From the IMG/VR virus record IMGVR_UViG_3300021256_000081, positions 1 through 64,000 of that record: a stretch of 64,000 nt of DNA; one strand, 5' to 3'. The notes beneath the pieces were generated by a model. The model ran no database searches and was not told the DNA's origin. It saw only the letters and a list, made by a program, of their open reading frames with translations. Positions 53,307-64,000 of the stretch are shown here, one piece after another. This DNA is from a virus. Taxonomy: Duplodnaviria; Caudoviricetes. A program made the position numbers and the translations under genes. How positions within the stretch are numbered: the stretch's first letter is position 1; each line of letters begins with the position of its first letter.

Positions 53307-53436
53307 TACAAAAGGTAATGATACAATTACAATGGCTAACGTGCTTCAGGCTTTACAAAATGTAATTACAGAAGTTAAGAACATGCCTGAACCAGCTCCT
53401 GCTGTAGTTGAGCCAGAAGTTGTTGAAAATAAGTAA
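53251..53436 (+). CDS. small hypothetical protein
   Basis: MKEQTQMLQNILEALMTISTKG..., GGAG SD. Confidence 0.65.
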   Translation: MKEQTQMLQNILEALMTISTKGNDTITMANVLQALQNVITEVKNMPEPAPAVVEPEVVENK

Positions 53437-53454
53437 GAGAAGGAGGAGAAAGAT

Positions 53455-56400
53455 ATGGCAAAGTTATACCCTCCATATTTAGAAGGAACATTGCCAGCTT
53501 TCTGCCTTGATGCGAGTGGGGATGGTGTTTTAACCATCCCTTTTGCGCATAATAAGGCAGTAAGTATTGATGATTTTGGAAGTATTTCTGTCAAAGTAAA
53601 AACTGTTCAAAATGATTTATTTATTGCTGATTTTAATACGAAAGATGAAGATTGTGGATGAGAAAATAAAGCAATTACAGAATTAAAATTTACTGTTAAA
53701 AATTTTGCCATAGGTGATAAATGAACCGATATTAAAGTAGGACAGTTTTATAAAATCCAATTAGCTTATAGGGACAGAAATGACGTTGTTGGTTATTTCT
53801 CAACTGTTGGAGTAACAAAATGTACATCTTTACCAAGCGTAACGATTAAAGGTTTTGAACCTCCAAATGTAGTTAATAATAATGCTCCAGAGTTTTTAGG
53901 AGTATTCATGCAGGCTAAGGATGGAGATATTACTGAAAAAGTATATTCTAGTCGTTTTATCATAACAGATATTGCGAACAATGTTATAGAAGATACTGGT
54001 GATGTTTTACATAATATAGAAAATAATCCAAATTCATATGAATCTGTTGATAGCTTTGAATTTAATAGAGATTTGAATTTTGGTGAGATATATAAAATAC
54101 GATATATTGTAACTACTACTAATGGATGCGAAATCTCTAGTCCAGCATATTTAATGACACAGCAGAAATCTTTAGCGATGGAACTTAAAGGAGATTTGCT
54201 TGTTGATTTAAATTATGATGAAGGTTTCGTAGATGTTAGTATTAAAGGTTATGTTGATGAAAATGGAATAGAAGAAAAGGGTAATGGAACTTTCTTGTTA
54301 TCAAGAGAAGATTCTGTAAATCCAGGAGTATGAGAAAAGTTATATAAGTTTGCGCTTAAATACGAATCTCCTACTAAAACTATTTTTAGAGATTTTACTA
54401 TTGAGCATGGTAAAACATATACATACTCTTTACAACAATATAACGAGAATAAAATTTATTCTGGAAGAAAAAAGTCTAATTCTATATATGCGGATTTTGA
54501 GGACATGTTCTTATTTGATGGAGAACGTCAATTAAAGCTTCGTTTCAATCCGCAGGTTTCTAACTTTAAGACTCAGTTATCTGAATCCAGAAGTGAAACT
54601 ATTGGTAGTAAGTATCCTTTCTTCTTCCGTAACGCAAAAGTTGGATATAAAACATTCCCAATCTCTGGATTGATTTCAATGTTAAGTGACGATAATGAAT
54701 ACTTTACTTCTTATAATAGCATTTTAAGAGAAGATAAAGAAGGAGAACGTCATGATGTTGAGTATGATAAGTTTATTCGTCCAACAGTTCAAAAAGATAC
54801 TGATTTAATTTCTGAAAATATCGCATCAGAACGTTTATTTAAACTAAAGGTTCTTGACTGGGTAAATAACGGAAAAGTTAAATTATTTAGATCTCCTAAT
54901 GAAGGTAACTATATTGTGCGCTTAATGGATAACTCTTTAACTCCAGAAAACGGCCTTGGCCGCATGTTGCACAATTATAGTGGAACTGCTTATGAGTGCG
55001 CAGATTATACATACAGAAATCTTGTAGATTTTGAGATTATTGATGATACATCTAGCGCAGATAATGAAGAACAAAAGGCGTATGTTACGACCTGGAGAGA
55101 AAAACGTTTAGAGGATTTCGCTAAGAATAATATACTTAGTCCTTCTGGATTGGATTTTGAAACTGGCATAAATGGTGGAAAGGCTTCTAAAAATCTTCTT
55201 GAAGCTGATATTCAAGATGTATATACTAAGAATTTAAAATTTACAGATTTCTTACCTGGAACCAGAATTAGATTAGTATTTGACTTTACTGGTGATTTTG
55301 ATTCAGATGATTATGAAGAAATCACAATTGGCTCTACTGGCGCATATTTTGCGAATGACATTAGAAGAGTCTATGGTATTTATTTATTAAATGATAGTCA
55401 GACTTGGATAAGTTATCAAGATTATCTTCGTTATCAAGATTTAAAAGAATCTAGAATCAAAGAGGCTCTTGGTGAAGATAATTATGCTGTTTATGAAGAT
55501 ATTAGAGATTTTACAAAAGATTTAGTTAATCAGCTTGATAATGGTATCGATAAACAAACAGTAATGGATTCTTGGGTTAATAAAATTATTACAATTCTAT
55601 ATGAATCAAATAATATTATTGATCCAGTTACTGGTGCAACAATAAATGGGTTTGATCATGATAATACATGACAAATCTTAAATAATTCTCCTTTGGCAAA
55701 AAGTGATGTTATAGGAATGTTGGTTTATTATCTATGGAATACGCAAAAAGATCCTTCTAAGAGAAATGTTTTAAATAATTTTAAAGAAGAAGTCGTCAAG
55801 AAATTGCCAGAAGATGTTATTGCTGCTTATGCTAAAGAAAATCCAAAATGAGCAGATAATTTTACCTTAACAACTCAAGATGAATGAAAACAAGCTTGAG
55901 AAAAAGAATATGCTAAGGATAGAGAAACTTCTCTTAAAGAAGAATTTTATCAGAGATATGGAGAAGATATTTCTGATGAAAGATTTAATGTCTTATGAGA
56001 AGAGGATGAGTATGAGGAAGGAATTACTTGGAAAGAGAAATTAGAACAAGAAATTCAAGATCATAGTTGAAATAAAGTCTTCATTAACAATATTACCGAA
56101 TGGTGAGAATCACCTCGTTTAACCGCAAGAATGAGTGAATTAGTTAATTGAAATACTTTTGTTTCTCTTCAGACGGTTAGATTACAGCTTTCTGGTTTAG
56201 AAGAAAGTTATGAATCTGCGGTAAAAAATATTGATGCAGTTAAAAAGAAAAAGAAGAGTTTTGAGAAAATATTAGAAGAACGAGTTGCTCAAAAAGAAGA
56301 AATTACTGCTGATGTTACCGCATTAGAAACTCGTTTAACTGCTGTACAAGAATCTATTGAAGAAAAAGAGACAGCGATTGAAGAGGCAACTGCAGCAGAT

Positions 56401-58911
56401 AGTAGTGATTTAAGTGTTTTAGAGAATGAGCTTAAAGAATTGCAAAAGAATAAATCTGATTTAGAGAGAGATATTAAGGGATTGCGCAATAGTATTGTTA
56501 ATATTGAAGATATTCTTGTTAATACTCAAAAATCTATTGATGAATATGCGGAAAAGATTGAAACATATGAAAATATTATTGAACATTATGAGGAAGATAA
56601 AGCTAATTATTTGCAACAAATTGCCGATAATAATGCAATTTTAGCAGAACCTCCTTATAGTGAATTTAGTCTAGAATATAAATTCATAGAACCTTCTGAT
56701 AGTTTAATTCTCTGGAACAATTGGAATAATGTAAAGACTTATTTACAAGAAGCTACTTTAAAAATGCCAGTTCCATGGACAAATGTAAAGCCAGATGGAT
56801 CCACTGAAACAAGTAATTTATATCGTTTGCCTGTTGTCTATTCAACTGCTAAAAACGCAGTAAATTCAGCATGAGATCAGTTATATCAAACTTTAATGGA
56901 TAAAACACCTTATGATGAAATTGAAGATGCTGTAAATAAAGTAGTCAGTGAATTAAAGAATATTCCTTATCCTACTGGAGAAGGAGTATATTATGATAAC
57001 AATGGTAACCCTGTATATACTGATAAATATTGGTGAGATAAATGATCTATGGCAACTGATTCTATTTATTGCGGAACGTTGCAGTCAGGAAGTGGAACCA
57101 TTATTTATCAATATGATGTTCCTGTTAGAAATAATTTTGATTCTATAGAAGCAGTACAAACAGATATTGGTTCTTATAGACAAATTGTTGGTCCAATTAA
57201 AGATATCGTTAAATCTGCTATTTCTCCCGATAATGGCGTTACTGAAAATGTGCGTGAAGAAATGACTAAGATTTGTATGTCAAATTATCACAAGCGTCCA
57301 GTTGGTTATCTTTACTCTAAAGAAGAATGAGATAATCCTATTTATGACAATATCTTTGAAAATCGTAATGTAGATCAACAATATAGAACGGTTAGAGAAG
57401 ATTTGAAACTTTATTGGGACAATAATTTTGATGAATCTAGAGTTTTTAATGACGAAGAATCTATGAAGCAATCACCATTTGCTTTATATGTAATAGCTTC
57501 TCCTATTATCGGAAATCAAAATTATTATGATCATATACACACTTCTGCTTACAGTGATTTTACGGTAAGCAATAATAAGATATGACTTAAGTTACATCAA
57601 CAAGCTAATTCATTAGATACTATTATTAGATATGGTGAAATTAGAGATGCTGAAGCTGTTGCTATTTTGAACTATGGCATTCGAACACATTTAGACTGGG
57701 AACAACAAGATGATAAGTACAAGATAAATCATCCTTGAAAAGACTTCTCTTTAAGCTATGGAACGCAGATAGGTACAGATGAAGAAAAACTTATTTATAA
57801 AAATTCTAAGCAACTATGGGATTCTAATAACAAAAATATTCGCACAAGAACCTGGGCTGTAATGCATTTGAATGACGAAACTTTAGCAAAGAAGATTGAA
57901 GATTTTTGAACTAATAATATTAGACGAAGAGCTGACAGCAATAAAACAGAATTCTCTATCTTATTCCCTTCTGGAGTGGTAGATTTATCTAATATAAATG
58001 ATAATCAGTTAAAGTGGGTTGTAAATAATTTATCTGATTTAATGTATGAGTTAGAGAATCACCCAGATAAAGGTATTTCTTCATATTTCGCAGTTTCAGA
58101 CGAACAAGTGCATGATGAGTTATTCCCTAATGTAGATGTAACAGAAGAGGTTGGCGCGCATGTAGCATCACATCTCTTTGAGAAGTATTTTATAGACGCT
58201 ATTATAAATCAGAGAAATGCTGAAGAGCTTATTACTAGATTAAGTGGTTTATATACTTCTATTCAGAATTCAAAAGATAAGTGATATTCAGAGTATATTA
58301 AAGAAAATTCTACAATAACATATGATGAATATTTGGAAGCATTAAATAATTTAAATGAAATTTGATTAGAGCAACCAAAAGTTTATGTGCTAGATGCTTG
58401 AAGCGGTAAGATTCATGCTATTGGAGATGATTATTTATATGAACCAATTATTCGTTTTGATGGCAGTAGAATTGATTTAAGAGAGATTGAAAACTATTCA
58501 TTAGATGATCTTGATGCTTCAATCACAACAATCGACGTGGGTAATGGCGTTTATGGTGAAATATTCTTCAGACAAGCAACAAAGACTTATGAGTTAGAGA
58601 AGATAGAAAAAGAAGTAGTTACTTTAAAAGAGAACTGATCTACTCAAAAAGGCTTGCTTGACAATGTTCATTATTATTATCCTTTTGCTAAGGATAAGAA
58701 CAATATATATAAATATACATCAAATCCTGATCAATATAATAAAGATATTTCTACTGATCAAGAAGTAGTAGATGATTATAGTATTAAATATTTAAATGCT
58801 TTAGATGCAGAAAAAGAGGCTTATATTCTATATCTTGCCGCATTAAAGAAGGCAATAGATGAATGAGTTACTCAGAAATCAGAAGAAGTTTCTAACGCGT
58901 TGAATCAGTAA
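53455..58911 (+). CDS. large tail/baseplate protein, about 1818 aa (TGA=Trp)
   Basis: Eight fragments in one frame. Ig-like beta N-terminus, ETIGSKYPFFFRN...FPISGLIS distal-tail-like segment, internal coiled coil. Confidence 0.7.
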
Positions 58912-58928
58912 GAGAGAAAGGAGAGCAT

Positions 58929-61900
58929 ATGAGAAATCCATTGTTAGATGAAGATTTTCTTCATGAATTAGATTTATATCATCATCATCATACTTGGGCA
59001 AAAATTATTTCATTGGATTTTAATGAATATCCATTAGAAGAGATAAGTGGAAAAGTTTCTGCTGGAAGTATAAATATTGATGGAAACTCAGCGGTTAGAA
59101 GAACATGCTCTCTAACTCTTTTGAGTGATGAAGTAAATATTAATGATTTCTACTGAGGATTAAAAACTAAGTTTAGATTATATATTGGTTTAGAGAATCA
59201 AATTAATGATCAATATATAATTAAGAAAAAGGTAGAATTACAAAATAGTATAGATGCGGCTATGGCTAAAGGCGAATCTACGGTAGATTTACGTTATCGC
59301 TTAGAACATATAGAGGAGTTATACAGATACCCTGATATTATCTGATTTAATCAGGGTATCTTCCTCATATCTTCTTTCAATTGCGCCGCAGGTGTAAATA
59401 AATATACTGTATCTATTCAGGGTAAAGATAAAATGTCTTTATTGAATGGAGATATGGGCGGTGTTATTCCAGCGTCATGAGATTTCGGAACTATGGATGA
59501 AAATGTCCTTGATGAAGAAGGAAAAACTGCTTATGATGCTTCTGGTTATGCAATTATTAAAAATACGCAAATACCTATCAAAGATATTGTTCTCCAAGCA
59601 GTCCATGAATTCGCGCAAGAGAAATGACAGAATATTATAGTTAATGACCTAGATGACTATGGTATTGAGTTATTAGAATATGAAGGAACTACTCCTTTAT
59701 ATTATATCATTAAAGTAACTAATAGTGGAACGGATTCAAGAGAAGTATCCAATATGACGCTTGATGAAAATATGGAATGTATGGTAAAAATCGTCGATTG
59801 AATTGACGATAAGCCTGTTTCTCTTGGATGGGCATCTACTCGAACTAAAGTAGAGACAGACGAGAACAATAATTCTGTTTCTAAACAAGTTGCTATAAAA
59901 ATTAGTGAGCTAGATTCTGATTGGATCACGGAGACTGCGACCGCCGAGGGCGCAATGGCTGAGCATCCCCCAAAATACTCGTATGAAAGGCTCATTGAGG
60001 AGTTAGATCCAAGCGGTGCAGTAACCGAGTCAGTTAATTATTATAGAACTAGAATTGCATTTCCAGATGATTTCTATTATGAAACAGCCTATGATGATGA
60101 AGGAAATGAAGTTCAAGTTAAAGTATATAATGAATATACTGTTGCTAAGATTACTAGAGATAATGGATTAAATGTTTGTGGTTATAGAATCTGTGACATT
60201 GTTTATCCATATGATTTAATAGCTTCTCCTGGAGATACTGTTACTTCAGTTCTAGATAAGTTAGTAAAAATGCTTGGAAACTTTGAATATTTTTTCGATG
60301 AAGATGGACGTTTCATTTTCCAAAAGAAGAGAACATTCTTAGATGTTTCTTATAATAATATAATTAATGAACACTCTATCTCTCCAGAAGTATGGGCAGA
60401 TAGTAGTATGTTTAATACAAAATATAGTTATACTTTTGATAGCAATACACTAGTATCTTCTATCCAAAATAATCCAAATTTACCTCAGTTAAAAAATGAT
60501 TATTCTATTTGAGGCGCGCGACAGAATGGAAATGTTACAATTCCAATTCACATGCGCTACGCAATAGATAAAAAACCTTATGGTTATAGAACATTTGATA
60601 CTGTTGATGAAAATGGCATAATAACCAAACCTGGTGCATGATACTGAACTGAAGAGGGTTTGGGTTATAGACAAAGACGCATGGAAGTTTTAGCGCAAGA
60701 ATTTAAAGGAGAAGAAGGCGGAAGTGTCGAATCTTATGAAAAATATTCTTACACTAAAACTCCAAATGAAAATGGATTGCCAGAAACTTGGTGAGATGTA
60801 CAAGACTGGGCAAAATATTATGGTTTAATTGCGGCACTACAAGATGGAAAAAATCCAGATAGAATGACGCAAGAAGAGCTAGAAGAGTATTATCCTAAAA
60901 ATTACTTAATGTTTTATAAATCAGATGAAACAAAATATCCATTACCAACTTATAAAGAAGTTGCTTCTTATTTAGGGGTGGAACCAGATTATGGCTGAAA
61001 TGGAACTTTACAGATGGTTATCCAACAAGAAGATGGATCTTGAGATAGTCATGGTTCTAACTGTTCTCATTCCTATTTCCAATTTATTCCTAATTATGAA
61101 GTATTAGATGAAAATGGAAAAACTAAATATTATATAGATAAAGAACATGGCATTTCAGTCCCAATGAGAACAACTTCGGGCATTTATGAAAATACTAAGG
61201 TTTATATTTATAGACCTACCTTCCCAGGAGAATTGGATTATTCCTATGAAGATGGTGGGGTTACAACTATTGATGTTTCTGATTATGCAAAAGATCAAAC
61301 CTATATTGTCGATTGAAGAGAAGTTATTTATCAAATGGCAAATGATTATCGAAGACATTATAGAGAAGATGATTTCTTAATTACATTAAGAGATAATAAT
61401 AAGATTTTATATTATAATAATACTCCTATTGAATCATTATATCCTACTGGATATACTGGGTATGAAAACTATTATATAGATTTTGAAATGAATCTCAGTC
61501 AAGGAGTTGTGGCTTATTGAAGAGAACTATATAATCCAGAAACTATTAATGATAAAAAAGAAAATCATACGGGATATTATAATTCTGATGGAACTTTTGA
61601 ATTAGATACAGATGTGGCGCTCTGATCTGCAGGAACTACTTACCAAAAAGGAGATAGAGCTGCCGTTGAAGAAGATGGAGAACGAGTTATTTATAAATCT
61701 TTAAAAAATAATAATGTAGATACAGTTCCTTCTTCAACCAGTCCAAGTTGATTAGAAACTCCAGGTCAATTCACTTATAATTCAGATGGTTGAAATATTG
61801 AAATTTTAGATAATCCTGAAATGTTAAATTTCTGATTTGATTTCCTTGATTCCAAGGGAGAGATGAACAAATACACTGTCCATAATATAGGAATGAGGTC

Positions 61901-62306
61901 AAAAGCTACAAATGATGATAAGATAAAAGCCATCTATTTTAGGGAAACGCCCAATGTAATTTTTGATGTTGAGGGAGAAACGGTTCAAAAGGATAATTGA
62001 ACTAAACCTGGATATTGTTATATCAGTATTCCAGCAGCATTAAATGATTTATTCCATATTAGTTCGCGCGGTAAAAACTGCATGGATGTAGTAGAGGAAT
62101 ATTTGTATAATTATGCTTATCCGATAAGCTCAATTACATTGAGTACAATACCTATTTACTACTTAACTCCTAATACCTTGATCTATGTAAATGATCCAGA
62201 TACTGGAGTTGTAGGTGAATATATAATGACAAAATATAGTATTCAATTAGGTTTAAATTCTAGTATGTCTATAACTGGAAATGAAACCGCAAAGAGACTA
62301 TATTAA
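58929..62306 (+). CDS. tail hub/Tal-like protein, about 1125 aa, with a CBM5/12-like insert (TGA=Trp)
   Basis: Four fragments in one frame. GSINIDGNSAVRRTCSL, FEYFFDEDGRFIFQKK, IPIYYLTPNTLIYV. Confidence 0.7.
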
Positions 62307-62321
62307 GGAGGAAAATGAGGA

Positions 62322-62714
62322 ATGGCTAGAAAAATCAAACAATTTCGATTGTATAATGCTCCAGTCCGCAAAAGTACAGGTGAATATGATTATACATATT
62401 GTACAAACAATTCACCTGCAGAAACTTCTGCCTCAAAGAATATTTTAGAAATGTTTGAATCTGGAGAAGTATTTGAAAGTGTTTATCCAATTTCAGAACT
62501 AGGCATACAAGCTCCACCTGGGACAAAATTCTATTTAAATGGAAGTGTGTATCCAATAGTAATGGGAGCTTCTGGAATTTACGATTTAGATATTAAAAAT
62601 GGTGCAAGAGTCACTGGTTTAAGTTTTCATCGAGAGTCTTTACAAGACATCGTAACTAGTGGCTCTAGTTACCTTATTGTAGATGTATTGTATGGAGAGG
62701 AGGATTTAGACTAA
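62322..62714 (+). CDS. hypothetical tail protein
   Basis: ELGIQAPPGTKFYLNG...GIYDLD. Confidence 0.75.
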   Translation: MARKIKQFRLYNAPVRKSTGEYDYTYCTNNSPAETSASKNILEMFESGEVFESVYPISELGIQAPPGTKFYLNGSVYPIVMGASGIYDLDIKNGARVTGLSFHRESLQDIVTSGSSYLIVDVLYGEEDLD

Positions 62715-64000
62715 TGGGTTTCTATGGCAATATAACCAACATAAATAAATCTAGTTTTAGTTTTGATAAGATTTATGCCAATAGAAAAGAAATGGACGCA
62801 AATGCGGCCATTGATGGTGTTTATGTTGGAAGATATGTTCTTGTAGATTATGATAAAAAGAGCATACTAGCAACTCAGGCAAGTGAAGTTGCGGATTCAT
62901 TTAATGTTTCCAATGATCCTCTTCGATATGCAAATATTGTAGAAGGCTTTGAGAAATACTATAATTATAATTTAGATTTATTAGAGCAAAAAACAAATTC
63001 TAACTTGCGTCCAGCTTGAATGATAATACAAACAGATGGAAGTTATGAATTTCACACAGGTCCTTCTTATGCAACTCCAGTATATGAATTTTCCGAAGAC
63101 AGCGGAGAAGGATTACACGCAGGAGATTTAGTTCTTTTATTAGGAAAGAGAAAGTGTATTTCTGAAATTCCTGATAACTTGAAATTTACAGATGCATATG
63201 AACTAGAGAATTATCAAAGTAATGAATTAGCTAGTATTATAACACAAGATGGTGCGGTTTATTCTTACTTTATTCCTGAGATATGGTACTGCACTGGTGG
63301 CAGACCTATTGAATGGTCAAGCAATGGAATTGACTATATTAAAACAGTTGCAACATTTGAAAAGAGTTCTATCACTTATTCCGAACAGATTGATATGAAC
63401 AATGCAACCCTCTTCAATAGCAACTATTCAGAAGATGCTGTTGCTTATGGAAAGATTGGTAGAGGTTGGGATTCTACCGTTTGACAGAAAACAACTGGCG
63501 TAAATGCAAAGGGACAGGTTGTTAATAAATATGTAATGATCGCTGAACTTAATTCAGTAGTTCCTACATTAGATATTTCTGTTGATGCGCCTACACAAAC
63601 TCCAATCGCGCCACATTTTGGTACAGATATTTCAAATGTTTATTATAAAATGCATATTCAGCCAACTTGGGGTATGAGAATAAAGAGTTCTTACTCTGAC
63701 TACACAACAGATCAAAAGAGATATCCTTCTGATATTAGTGGAGCTTTCTTAATTGATACTTTACTCAGTGATGGTACTGTTGCTAGAATTGGTAGAAGAG
63801 TTAAGACATTACCGGACGGAACAACTCAAATTGTAGATTATCCTCCAGTATTGGATGAATTTGGCAATGTTGTTCCAGAAGATATCGAGGATATGCCATT
63901 AGCAATTTACTTTAATAAAGATGGCTTTGATCCATATCAAGCTTCAGATGCGCTTACAACAGTTGAACATGATTATGGTTCAGAAGCATTAAAGAGTATT
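62714..64000 (+). CDS. large tail fibre/receptor-binding-like protein, truncated by the window (TGA=Trp)
   Basis: TAATG coupling, fragments 62714 and 63020 in frame, GRGWDSTV(W)QK. Confidence 0.65.

Noticed and set aside
23518-64000. Late genes as pseudogenes or a decayed prophage
   Set aside because: Breaks are TGA only, fragments stay in frame and fall at Trp-like positions. Recoding explains this better.
1-64000. Uniform code-4 (Mycoplasma-like) host genome
   Set aside because: Many accessory genes end in TGA at paralog-matched positions followed by hairpins, and the content is phage-like throughout.

Overview
This is a 64 kb segment of a large tailed dsDNA phage with a siphovirus-like morphogenesis module. 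The SigA-type promoters and long AAAGGAGGTGA-type SD sequences point to a Bacillota host. There are three zones. (1) 1-8.5 kb: small accessory genes plus several promoter-driven ORF-less cassettes that look like structured RNAs. (2) About 8.5-22.1 kb: an array of leftward promoter-RBS-small ORF cassettes, one tRNA-Lys and tRNA-like elements. These are separated by spacers packed with (CATG)n/ATGCAT, TAGGGTACGCG, GTTAG-N6-CTAAC and Rex-box-like motifs, and the zone ends in a skewed non-coding stretch that may be a genome terminus. (3) 22.2-64 kb: folD, then a rightward late operon (terminase, portal, protease/scaffold, capsid, neck, tail tube, 2735-aa tape measure, large tail-tip proteins). The late operon only reads through if TGA = Trp, while many zone 1/2 genes use TGA as their real stop, so the genome uses two genetic codes. 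The supplied code-11 ORF track therefore fragments the late genes, and I re-joined them by frame. All product calls come from recalled motifs and gene order, not database searches.
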